In this document: piece after piece, positions 8,669-16,618 of the stretch
How positions within the stretch are numbered: position 1 is the first letter of the stretch
Layout of the letters: each line of letters opens with the position of its first letter
IMG/VR virus record: IMGVR_UViG_3300044591_000896
Coordinates: 32,001-96,000 of that record
Source: a virus
Direction: 5' to 3' (one strand)
Length of the DNA: 64,000 nt
Program-made: the position numbers and the translations under genes
The notes under the pieces: model-generated
What the model was told of the DNA's origin: nothing
The model's input: the letters and a program-made list of their open reading frames with translations, nothing else
The model's database searches: none

Positions 8669-8674
8669 ATGACA

Positions 8675-8702
8675 ATTGTACTAAATATAATCAGGATGTC
8701 AA
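8675..8702 (-). promoter_or_regulatory. SigA-type promoter, leaderless
   Basis: TTGACA-N16-TACAAT, then 6 nt to the ATG at 8668. Confidence 0.75.
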
Positions 8703-8878
8703 TAGTCTTTTGAAGGTTTTTGGTACCATTTTCCAGAATCAAGCGAAGATGCATGATTGTTTAGTTTATCAGTTTCAGAATCTATTAGATTGCCTAGGGC
8801 AGTTGCCATTAATTCAAGATGCATTTCCATTCTTAAAACCTGCATTTCAAGCTGGCGAAGTCTCTCTGCTTTTCTCAT
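8699..8878 (-). CDS. Hypothetical 59-aa protein
   Basis: Manual translation MRKAERLRQLEMQVLRMEMHLELMATALGNLIDSETDKLNNHASSLDSGKWYQKPSKDY; overlaps the upstream stop. Confidence 0.65.
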   Translation of the reverse strand: MRKAERLRQLEMQVLRMEMHLELMATALGNLIDSETDKLNNHASSLDSGKWYQKPSKDY

Positions 8879-9210
8879 TCAGTATTCTCTCTATCTAGTG
8901 GTGTTGGTGCTGTGGCAACGCTCCCGCATTGGGCGCATTCCATGTCTAAAAAATAAGTAGCAATTTCAAAGTTATCAAAGATTGCTTTAACATTAAATAT
9001 GTTACATCCGCATATGCATTCGTGAGTTGGATTGCCTCTTAGATCCATAGAGTTTCTGTAGTCTAGCCCAACACTATTTTCTTCTTGCTCATGTGGCTCA
9101 TCTCTATCCATATAGTATAGCCCTACTTTGTATTTTTCATTAAATTTTTTGACAAGCAAAACTAACTTAACTGTTATGGCTACTGACAAGACAAAGAATG
9201 CATATATCAT
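8875..9210 (-). CDS. Membrane-anchored putative zinc-binding protein
   Basis: N-terminal hydrophobic helix; HECICGC...CAQCG. Confidence 0.7.
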   Translation of the reverse strand: MIYAFFVLSVAITVKLVLLVKKFNEKYKVGLYYMDRDEPHEQEENSVGLDYRNSMDLRGNPTHECICGCNIFNVKAIFDNFEIATYFLDMECAQCGSVATAPTPLDRENTE

Positions 9211-9224
9211 ATACCAATTATACT

Positions 9225-9782
9225 CTATACTTGTATGTATGTAAAGGGAGGCGCAACAGACATATTAAACTCTGCTGCCGCCTCAAGAGCAGCCTTTATT
9301 CTTACTCTTGGGTTCTTTTGATTCTTTGTTGCATATAAAGCACCAAGGGCAATCTGGCCACCGCTGCCTTCAGCCATGTAGTTAACAACATTCTCTCCAA
9401 CATGAAAGTCTTCATCTATAGTAAAGATTCTACCTTCTAGCCCGACTATAAAAATTCCACCTGTATCTTCTTCTGAGCTTGATCCTATGCTTCCGTATCC
9501 ATGATCTTTAAAAGCCTGCTTAACTGAATCAATAAACTTTGTTCTCATGAACTTATCTAGGCCTGAGTTTGTTTTGGTTGGAGTGTACTTTGGTGGAGTC
9601 CATGAGTATTGTAAAATTTGTCCCATACGAAATGAATCAGTAAAAGCAATTGCATACTGACCAGTCTTAAAACACTTAGGTTCTTTTCTTGACAGGATCC
9701 ATCCAGTTTTATCATCTGATGCGGCGTGGTCGGAACCCATATATACAGTTCCATTTTGGGCTATTGCTACTATACATGTCAT
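9225..9782 (-). CDS. HslV/proteasome-beta-like Ntn hydrolase (threonine protease)
   Basis: N-terminal (M)TCIVA nucleophile, GSD, K at about position 35, AEGSGGQIALGAL. Confidence 0.85.
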   Translation of the reverse strand: MTCIVAIAQNGTVYMGSDHAASDDKTGWILSRKEPKCFKTGQYAIAFTDSFRMGQILQYSWTPPKYTPTKTNSGLDKFMRTKFIDSVKQAFKDHGYGSIGSSSEEDTGGIFIVGLEGRIFTIDEDFHVGENVVNYMAEGSGGQIALGALYATKNQKNPRVRIKAALEAAAEFNMSVAPPFTYIQV

Positions 9783-9814
9783 AATACTAGTATACTATTT
9801 TTAAATTCGAAGTG

Positions 9815-10123
9815 CTAGCCCTCATTTATGTGAATATTAATATGGCTTAATTTAATTAAAGTGTCTTCCAGCTCAGCCTTTACTGCAATTAGCTCCTGAA
9901 TGGCCTCATAATATTTATCTTTCCATTCATCTAAATCCCGCTCAAGCTTATATAATTTAATTTGAAGATCTCTTAATTCTATCTTTAAATTATCTTGTGC
10001 TTTTTCTTCTTTTCTGAGCTTTTCTCTTCTTCTCTCCCTAAGCCCAGCAATGACTCCAGTACCCAATCCGCTGAGAAGTGCGGCTAGGATAGCTACTATG
10101 ATTTCTGCTATTGATATCTGCAT
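9815..10123 (-). CDS. Single-TM coiled-coil protein (possible holin/lysis accessory)
   Basis: N-terminal TM helix followed by a charged heptad region. Confidence 0.6.
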   Translation of the reverse strand: MQISIAEIIVAILAALLSGLGTGVIAGLRERRREKLRKEEKAQDNLKIELRDLQIKLYKLERDLDEWKDKYYEAIQELIAVKAELEDTLIKLSHINIHINEG

Positions 10124-10153
10124 TATACATCTATTATACCTTAATAATGTTTA

Positions 10154-10390
10154 TTAAACTAATAATTCAGATGCAGTAATATCATTTCCGCAGTATCTTT
10201 TTTTGATAACAAAATCTCTTACAGACTCTGATCCATACTGTCTTCCAGACAAAATGATTACCCATCTTGGCTCAAATTTTGATGTTATGCATGTCTCGCA
10301 CATTAGAAGATTGATTGGCAATAATGTGGACTTTCTAAGATTAAGTTGATTCTTTGTCTTATTACAGCTATAGCATAAAACTTTTTCCAT
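10154..10390 (-). CDS. Hypothetical CxxC...CxxC protein
   Basis: CYSC...CETC. Confidence 0.7.
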   Translation of the reverse strand: MEKVLCYSCNKTKNQLNLRKSTLLPINLLMCETCITSKFEPRWVIILSGRQYGSESVRDFVIKKRYCGNDITASELLV

Positions 10391-10845
10391 TATTCATTTA
10401 CCTCTTCGCATTGTGTAGATTTAAAAAATCTAGAAACATCAAATCTGATGTTATCTCTTGAAAATAATCCTGCAAAATCTTTGATCAGTATAGCATATAT
10501 CTCTGGGTCTAGGTGTGGCCTTACTGATAAAAGTATCTCTTCTGCCTTTATGTAGTCTGCCTTTACAAATACACATTCGCCAGCCTTTGGTCTCTTTAAA
10601 ACCTTAGTGGTTATTTTTCCACCTGGCTCATGTAGGCTAACTGTCAAATAGTCTTTTGCAAATCCCCAGTCCTGATATCTATTGTACGCTTCTGCTGCAT
10701 CTATGGCATTATTTAAATGATAGATTGATCTTACTGGGCTTTCTCCATCACGAGCAATTGTAAGCATGTAAGAGGCATGATTGTTCTTTTGGCTTTCTAT
10801 AAAAGACGAAACAACATCTTCATGCTCTGGCTTTAATTCATTCAT
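10390..10845 (-). CDS. Hypothetical protein
   Basis: Start moved to MNELK, downstream of GAGGAAG. Confidence 0.7.
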   Translation of the reverse strand: MNELKPEHEDVVSSFIESQKNNHASYMLTIARDGESPVRSIYHLNNAIDAAEAYNRYQDWGFAKDYLTVSLHEPGGKITTKVLKRPKAGECVFVKADYIKAEEILLSVRPHLDPEIYAILIKDFAGLFSRDNIRFDVSRFFKSTQCEEVNE

Positions 10846-11038
10846 CTTCTTCCTCGATGTGCATAAGCACAATTTCATTCATGATAACAAAATCTTCGTT
10901 ATCTATAACTTCAACATGTTCTATTCCATCTTTTACATAAGATGCTTCTGATGCATATATTCCAATATTGCCAACTGTTCCGTAGCATTTTTCACTGTAT
11001 ATATATACAATGTTAATTATTTCAGGACTTTCTTTCAC
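10838..11038 (-). CDS. Hypothetical protein
   Basis: ORF track; operon packing. Confidence 0.6.
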   Translation of the reverse strand: MKESPEIINIVYIYSEKCYGTVGNIGIYASEASYVKDGIEHVEVIDNEDFVIMNEIVLMHIEEEDE

Positions 11039-11345
11039 CTGGCACTCCCTCTAATTCGCATCTAACACCATAGGACTCTATGATATTTTTAACCATCTCA
11101 ACATATTCTATTACTCTTAATTTCATTGAACCGTCGTACTGACTAAAATTATCTTCGTATAACCTTATTGCTAAAAACTCTGGATACTTTACTATATCCA
11201 TTATTAAATTAGAGGCAGGCTTTTTTAATTCCCGCAATTTTGATGCCATCTCTTTTGAATAGAATACTGGCTTGTTTGGCTCACCAGTCCATTGGTTTAT
11301 GCCATACTTAAAGTGATCTTTACCATTGTTCTTATCAATAAACAT
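11022..11345 (-). CDS. Hypothetical protein
   Basis: ORF track; operon packing. Confidence 0.7.
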   Translation of the reverse strand: MFIDKNNGKDHFKYGINQWTGEPNKPVFYSKEMASKLRELKKPASNLIMDIVKYPEFLAIRLYEDNFSQYDGSMKLRVIEYVEMVKNIIESYGVRCELEGVPGERKS

Positions 11346-11646
11346 GTTTAGCCTTCAATCTTTTCCACACTTCTTTTGTTTTATGTGAGTTTCTGACCTT
11401 GTCAATAGAACCAGAATTTAAATAAACTCCACCCCATACTCCATAGTCATTATTATTAATTCCGTTTTCATAACATATAGCTATAACTGGGCAAGAAAGA
11501 CATGCCTCATCAATTGTCCTAGCTATATTTATATCTGACTCATACTTATCAAAAAATAGATTTGTGTCCATACCTAGGCATAAAGCAAGCTTATACCAAT
11601 TTGGATCTTCTTCTTCTATACCTAGATTACTTAAAATACTTGACAT
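11335..11646 (-). CDS. whiB: WhiB-family Fe-S transcription factor
   Basis: W...ALC...LFF...ACLSCPVIAIC...YGVWGG: four Cys plus GVWGG. Start moved to MSSIL. Confidence 0.92.
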   Translation of the reverse strand: MSSILSNLGIEEEDPNWYKLALCLGMDTNLFFDKYESDINIARTIDEACLSCPVIAICYENGINNNDYGVWGGVYLNSGSIDKVRNSHKTKEVWKRLKAKHVY

Positions 11647-11860
11647 ATTTTTTAGGCAGCTTCCAGATACCTTTACCGTTGACAGAAATTTTTTCTGCCT
11701 TACCCCATTGATTATCATGGAACATGCCACTTGTATCTGAGTAGCCGTTGTAATCTTTTTTCCAGATAACTAAATCATAATTATCCCAAAAAGATTTTTG
11801 AACTTTTGTTTGAGATCTGTTTATAAATATCTCAACGCCTTGCATTGTTAAATGAAGCAC
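11627..11860 (-). CDS. Hypothetical protein
   Basis: GTG start after AGGA. The longer track start overlaps the tRNA. Confidence 0.65.
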   Translation of the reverse strand: MLHLTMQGVEIFINRSQTKVQKSFWDNYDLVIWKKDYNGYSDTSGMFHDNQWGKAEKISVNGKGIWKLPKKYVKYFK

Positions 11861-11896
11861 TTCATTCCTATCAGTAAGTCCGCCTGATTTATTTCG

Positions 11897-11969
11897 CTGG
11901 CCCACCAGGTCTCGATCCTGGGACATCAGAGTTAACAGCTCTGCGCTCTACCAACTGAGCTATGGGCCA
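11897..11969 (-). tRNA. tRNA-Asn(GTT)
   Basis: Cloverleaf TGGCCCA-TAGCTCAGTTGGTAGAGC-G-CAGAG CT GTT AA CTCTG-ATGTC-CCAGG ATCGAGA CCTGG-TGGGCCA-G; CCA not encoded. Confidence 0.92.
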
Positions 11970-11977
11970 ATAGACAG

Positions 11978-12025
11978 AACCGCAGCATTACTATAATTAT
12001 ACAGTAACTACTGCGGTTGTGTCAA
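11978..12025 (-). promoter_or_regulatory. Consensus promoter for tRNA-Asn/whiB operon embedded in an inverted repeat
   Basis: TTGACA-N18-TATAAT; AACCGCAG/CTGCGGTT arms flank the -10. Confidence 0.8.
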
Positions 12026-12030
12026 GAAAT

Positions 12031-12177
12031 TTACTTTTTTTCTTTTATTGAAGATATGTTAACCTTTTTGATCTCATCATCAATATTAAATATATCTCCT
12101 ATATAATCAGTAGCGTCATCTAGGTTAAATGCTTCAACCTCGACCTCTACTAATAATTTTACAATATATTTATGCAT
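12031..12177 (-). CDS. Hypothetical 48-aa protein, leaderless
   Basis: Manual translation MHKYIVKLLVEVEVEAFNLDDATDYIGDIFNIDDEIKKVNISSIKEKK; TGcTATACT 6 nt upstream of the ATG. Confidence 0.7.
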   Translation of the reverse strand: MHKYIVKLLVEVEVEAFNLDDATDYIGDIFNIDDEIKKVNISSIKEKK

Positions 12178-12195
12178 AGTAATAGTATAGCATTT

Positions 12196-12507
12196 TTATG
12201 CTTTATTTGTAGCAGCTTTAGTTGAAATTCTACGATTTTCAACCTCTACGTCTGCCACTGTCTTTGCACTCTTATCTACTGTTGAGAATGCTGCATTAAT
12301 TTCATCTGCTGTAAGCTTGCCGTCGTCCATAAAAGCACGAGCTAATTTTTCAACTACAGCCGCTACAGCTGTTAATCCAGCTACGGTTATAGCTTTTGCA
12401 GTTGATATGCCTGCTATTGCTCCAGCGCCAATAACTGCTAGGCCATTTGCTGCGAAGACTGCTATTATACGCATTAATATATTTTTAATATTTTTTACGC
12501 TATTCAT
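12196..12507 (-). CDS. Small membrane protein (two hydrophobic segments)
   Basis: Ala/Gly-rich hydrophobic stretches followed by DDGKLTADEINAAF; GAGGGGG RBS. Confidence 0.75.
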   Translation of the reverse strand: MNSVKNIKNILMRIIAVFAANGLAVIGAGAIAGISTAKAITVAGLTAVAAVVEKLARAFMDDGKLTADEINAAFSTVDKSAKTVADVEVENRRISTKAATNKA

Positions 12508-12508
12508 T

Positions 12509-12691
12509 TTAGTCCCCCTCTCTATTTCTTATTGGGCTGGTTAATATCCACAGTGCAGTTGTGGCAATAATTCCATAGCCAACAATTGTTTTTGCGCTAC
12601 CATCCAAAACAACCCAAGCAATAAACATACCAAGAAGGGTCCATGCTTGGTCAACCATATCCTTTAGGATATTCTTTATTATTCTTACCAT
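12509..12691 (-). CDS. Small two-TM membrane protein
   Basis: WTLLGMFIAWVVL and IVGYGIIATTALWIL helices. Confidence 0.75.
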   Translation of the reverse strand: MVRIIKNILKDMVDQAWTLLGMFIAWVVLDGSAKTIVGYGIIATTALWILTSPIRNREGD

Positions 12692-15105
12692 CTTCGTCCT
12701 CCTCGTGAACCTGGTGAATTTGCTCCTGAGCCTCCACCAGAACTTCCTCCGCCTCCTGTGCCACCCCCTGTGGCTCCTCCTGTAGCAACTGCTGCTGCAT
12801 TAATTGCTGCACCTGCTGCAACTACTGTGGCAACAACCATGTCTGTTGCCTCTTCTCTTTCTTCATCAGTCATATCTGCGCCTATGCTGCCAAGAGCAGC
12901 TATTGCTGCTGCTGGGTTGGTCAGCGCTGCCTCTAGCAATGCTCCTGGATCTTGAACTAATTCTATATTTGCAGCAACTGCTGCAGTAATTACAAGCGCA
13001 TTACCATTTTCATCTGTTCTGACTTCAACAGGTGTGGATGCTGGTAGGTCAGAATATGAAACACCAGCAGCTTTAATATCTGCTGCTGAAACTGATTGAC
13101 CTGGTGCAAGATTTTCTATTAATTTTTCTACAACAATTTCTTTTTGTGCTTCAGTTAGTTTGCCTTCTTCTGCTGCTTTTTTTAATTCCTCCGCCTCTGC
13201 TTTTGCTGCTTCTGCAGCTTTTGCTTCAGCTTCCGCTTTTGCATCTGCCTCTTCTTGTGCTTTAGCTTCCGCCTCTGCTTTAGCGTCTGCTTCTTCTTGA
13301 GCCTTTGCTTCTGCTTCAGCCTTTGCATCCGCTTCTGCCTGCGCTGCAGCTAATGCCTCTGCTTCTAATCTATCTGCTTCTGCCTTTGCATCTGCTTCAG
13401 CTTGTTCTTTAGCTTCTTGCTCTGCTTTAGCAGCGGCTTCTTCTGCGGCTATACGGTCAGCCTCTGCTTTAGCAGCGGCTTCTTCTGCGGCTATACGGTC
13501 AGCCTCTGCTTTAGCAGCGGCTTCTTCTGCGGCTTTAGCTTCTGCTTCTGCCTTTGCTGCAGCTTCCGCTGCTGCTTTAGCTTCTGCTTCTGCAGCTTCC
13601 GCTGCTGCTTTAGCGGCTGCTTGGGCGGCTGCTTGGGCTGCTGCGGCTTGGGCTGCTGCGGCTTCTGCTGCTGCTGCTTGGGCTGCTGCTTGGGCAGCTG
13701 CGGCTTCTGCTGCTGCTTGGGCTGCTGCTTGGGCTGCTGCTTGCTGCTCTGCATAATAATTAACTGTAACCTGTGCTGCATTTGTCATTGCAGTTACTGC
13801 TTCATTTACTTTTGTTGTTGCTGTATTAGCAAGAGTATCTGCTGCTTGAACTGTTACTGTAGCAGTTTCTGTAAGCTGAGTAAGTGTAGCAACTTCTACT
13901 GCTTTTACCTCTGTTTTATCTACAACTACTGCTTCTGCAGCAGTCTTTTGTGCAGTAAGAGTATTAAGTACTGCGGTATCAGCGTTAAGAGTTGTTTGTG
14001 CAGTAGAAACTGCGGCAACTAACACAGGATCTTTTGTAACTACTGTGGTCGCAAATGCTGTTTGATTTGGAGTAGTAAAATATCCACTTCCATCCTGCCT
14101 CATTATTAACCAGCCAAGTATAACTTGTGAACCTCCACCATTTTCATAGTACCAAATAGTAAAGTCCTGTTGCTTATCTGTAGTGGTGTTATAGGTTGGA
14201 GAGTATTGGCTCCACCCTCCGCCCTTATCAATCCATTCATTAATTGCAAGCTGTCCATCAACATACATCTTTGCTCCATCGTCTGAATGTATTGCATATT
14301 TTACCGTTACTGCTTCTTCTGGAACGGTAATAGTTCCTTCAAATTTTACAATTACATTGTCCACTCTGCCAGAATTAAATACCTCACCGCTTCCAAATTG
14401 GTGAGCTATATAAGGAACTGTTGTGGTTGAAAGTGGTGTTGCATTTTCTGCTGGAAGTGGTGGCTGCTGTCCCCCAGGTGATGCGTATGTTGTTACCTCA
14501 ATCCCATTGGTTGTTGTTTCTACAGCTGAGGCATCTGCTGCTGCCTGTGCTGTAGCAAGATTTGTGGTGTCTGTAGCAACTACAGCAGTCTGAGATTCAA
14601 CCTGTTGAGTTACTGTATTTAAATTTGTTTGAGCATTATTTAGATTTGTTGTTGCTGTGGCAACTACTGCAGTTTGTGATTCAACTGCTGCTTGGGCGGT
14701 TGCTGCAACTGTGACTGCTGTTTCAGCAGACTGTATTGCATTATTGGCTTCTTGCACCTTGACAGTAGCTTCAGCAACAGCTGTGGCTATGGGCTCTTGT
14801 GTTGTAGCAATTGTTGTAGCAGATTGAGTATCTGTGTTTGGTACATTAGCCTGTATTGTTGCCACTATTGTTGATGCTTGAGTTTCTGCTGCTTGTGATA
14901 AAGTTGTTTGTGCCGCCTCTACTTTATCTGCGACTATCTCAACTGTAATAGGAGTGGTTGCTGTGGCGGTATCTGAAACTGAACTTGGATCTGCAGGCGT
15001 TACTTGAACTGTAACTTCCTCTGCATTTGCAATGCTTGGTCCAAAAAGGAAAAGCCAGCCCATTATAAAAAGGCTGGTTAAAGAATACTGTAACTTTCTA
15101 GTCAA
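12685..15105 (-). CDS. Large secreted/membrane-anchored protein with PA14 carbohydrate-binding domain and Ala/Glu helical stalk
   Basis: Signal peptide ending ANA; PA14 motifs (VKFEGTI, SDDGAKMYVDGQLAINEW, WYYENGGG); (A/E/K) repeats; C-terminal hydrophobic segment and basic end. TTG start with AGGAG. Confidence 0.85.
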   Translation of the reverse strand: MTRKLQYSLTSLFIMGWLFLFGPSIANAEEVTVQVTPADPSSVSDTATATTPITVEIVADKVEAAQTTLSQAAETQASTIVATIQANVPNTDTQSATTIATTQEPIATAVAEATVKVQEANNAIQSAETAVTVAATAQAAVESQTAVVATATTNLNNAQTNLNTVTQQVESQTAVVATDTTNLATAQAAADASAVETTTNGIEVTTYASPGGQQPPLPAENATPLSTTTVPYIAHQFGSGEVFNSGRVDNVIVKFEGTITVPEEAVTVKYAIHSDDGAKMYVDGQLAINEWIDKGGGWSQYSPTYNTTTDKQQDFTIWYYENGGGSQVILGWLIMRQDGSGYFTTPNQTAFATTVVTKDPVLVAAVSTAQTTLNADTAVLNTLTAQKTAAEAVVVDKTEVKAVEVATLTQLTETATVTVQAADTLANTATTKVNEAVTAMTNAAQVTVNYYAEQQAAAQAAAQAAAEAAAAQAAAQAAAAEAAAAQAAAAQAAAQAAAKAAAEAAEAEAKAAAEAAAKAEAEAKAAEEAAAKAEADRIAAEEAAAKAEADRIAAEEAAAKAEQEAKEQAEADAKAEADRLEAEALAAAQAEADAKAEAEAKAQEEADAKAEAEAKAQEEADAKAEAEAKAAEAAKAEAEELKKAAEEGKLTEAQKEIVVEKLIENLAPGQSVSAADIKAAGVSYSDLPASTPVEVRTDENGNALVITAAVAANIELVQDPGALLEAALTNPAAAIAALGSIGADMTDEEREEATDMVVATVVAAGAAINAAAVATGGATGGGTGGGGSSGGGSGANSPGSRGGRRW
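13421..13534. repeat. Exact 42-bp tandem repeat (about 2.7 copies) in the stalk region
   Basis: tctgctttagcagcggcttcttctgcggctatacggtcagcc at 13421 and 13463, partial at 13505; encodes AEADRIAAEEAAAK. Confidence 0.9.
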
Positions 15106-15172
15106 CTAGGTATCTCCTAAGTAATGCAATATTTTTGCTTACTTAGTAATTATACCAGAATGTTAATTTAAA

Positions 15173-15361
15173 CTACTTAGGATTGTCTGTCTTATAAAAG
15201 CCATTACCTTTAAACTGTATCCCAAATGGAGTAAAGTGTCTTATCATTGGTGACTCACATTCTACACATTCGTAGCCTGGGTCATCTTCCACAATTGATC
15301 TATGTACTGACATGGTTGCATGTGCATCATCTTCGCTGCACTTATACTCATAAACTGGCAT
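15173..15361 (-). CDS. FmdB-family zinc-ribbon protein
   Basis: MPVYEYKC...CVEC...IQFKGNGFYKTD. Confidence 0.9.
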   Translation of the reverse strand: MPVYEYKCSEDDAHATMSVHRSIVEDDPGYECVECESPMIRHFTPFGIQFKGNGFYKTDNPK

Positions 15362-16100
15362 TATCTTCTCCTAAAATCTCTAGCACAACTTGGTGTATAT
15401 CTGAATCATTCTTACCGAAAGATGTATTAGATATAAGTATATCAGTTACACCCTGATTTTCCAACTGTTTAATTTGATTCTTTATCTCTTCTTTATTACC
15501 AAATATAGTATTATTCTTTTCCTTGCCATTTGGCATGCCGTCATAAATAAACTTAGCGTGGTCATCTATAATAGCTGATAGTCTTACTATCGTTCTTCCG
15601 CCCTGTGATCCAAGCTCATCAAATTTTGATAGGGTGACTATCTGTCCATCTCCAAACTTGGCTACGCTTTCAGCAGTTTCCTTAGATGAACCGCTAAAGA
15701 ATATCTCTGGGCAATTTTTATTTACAGATCTAAGTCTTTCAACAAACAAAGCGCTTTGCTTCTTCCTGTCTTCTATTGAAGTGGGGATACAAAACAATGC
15801 TTGATCATCGTCATATGTGCCAGCTATTATATTCAAAGATATTCTGCCTGGCTCAATCTCATTAAATGCGTCTATCATCATAGAGCAATAGGCTGCTGTT
15901 ATAGCATATGGCCTAATAGCAATCATATACTTAACCTTGTCCTCAGTATTAATTGCATGGGCAGCCTTAATCCAATAGTCTGATTCGTCTGAGTGGAATG
16001 TCAGTAGCATAGAATCATACTTATAAAAGTCTATGACCTTAGATAAAGTTTTTAAATCTTTGGGATTAAGATTGTTCTTGACCATCCAATGAAATTTCAT
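15348..16100 (-). CDS. Luciferase-like (LLM) flavin-dependent monooxygenase, SsuD-like, compact
   Basis: YMIAIRPYAI...AFNEIEPGRISLNIIAG, IFFSGSS, IFGNKEEIKNQIKQLENQGVTDILI match LLM TIM-barrel motifs. Confidence 0.8.
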   Translation of the reverse strand: MKFHWMVKNNLNPKDLKTLSKVIDFYKYDSMLLTFHSDESDYWIKAAHAINTEDKVKYMIAIRPYAITAAYCSMMIDAFNEIEPGRISLNIIAGTYDDDQALFCIPTSIEDRKKQSALFVERLRSVNKNCPEIFFSGSSKETAESVAKFGDGQIVTLSKFDELGSQGGRTIVRLSAIIDDHAKFIYDGMPNGKEKNNTIFGNKEEIKNQIKQLENQGVTDILISNTSFGKNDSDIHQVVLEILGEDNASL

Positions 16101-16300
16101 TTTCTACCCCACTGAATGTGGTTCCACCCACGCTCATGTGCGTAGTAAATAAAGACTTTAACTACTGTCTCCCAAAAAGCAATAGCACCTGATAGAGTTG
16201 CGTCTCCAGTAATCACATAAGCAACAACAAATGATGATAGTGTTCCCCATATGCGATAACTAAGTGCTTTAGTAAATGATCTCGCTCTAGTTACTGTCAT
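16097..16300 (-). CDS. DUF2061-family membrane protein
   Basis: RSFTKALSYRI...YYAHERGW. Confidence 0.9.
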   Translation of the reverse strand: MTVTRARSFTKALSYRIWGTLSSFVVAYVITGDATLSGAIAFWETVVKVFIYYAHERGWNHIQWGRK

Positions 16301-16500
16301 TCTTTACCCCAATTAAATGAGTTCCATACTCTTTCATGGTAGTAATAACAAATAAAATTAACAGCATTTGTTATAATAGTTGCCATTGTAGCCATGTTTA
16401 TGTCCTTGCTTAAAGCATAAAGAGTAATAAAGGTTGTCAGTAAAGCAATGGCTCTCCATGTCAAAGACTTGACAAATGATCTTTTTTTAGAGACGTTCAT
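16297..16500 (-). CDS. DUF2061-family membrane protein
   Basis: RSFVKSLTWRAI...YYYHERVW. Confidence 0.9.
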   Translation of the reverse strand: MNVSKKRSFVKSLTWRAIALLTTFITLYALSKDINMATMATIITNAVNFICYYYHERVWNSFNWGKE

Positions 16501-16618
16501 CGTCTACCTCTTCTTTAAACCAATTAGAATACAGTCTTGCCTCTGCATCCGCAATCTTGTTGTCAAAGAAAATGTTATAGACCCATTTCAATCCGCTTTT
16601 GAGTAGCTGAAATAGCAT
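16487..16618 (-). CDS. Possible 43-aa overlapping micro-ORF
   Basis: MLFQLLKSGLKWVYNIFFDNKIADAEARLYSNWFKEEVDDERL spans the cysC-DUF2061 gap; no clear RBS. Confidence 0.35.
   Translation of the reverse strand: MLFQLLKSGLKWVYNIFFDNKIADAEARLYSNWFKEEVDDERL

Noticed and set aside
11861-11896. HDV-like (theta) ribozymes in tRNA 3' trailers
   Set aside because: The trailers are short or form only simple hairpins; I could not build a nested double pseudoknot.
13170-13745. Repeat tract considered as a CRISPR array or other non-coding repeat
   Set aside because: The repeats are in-frame, lack unique spacers and encode the Ala/Glu helical stalk.
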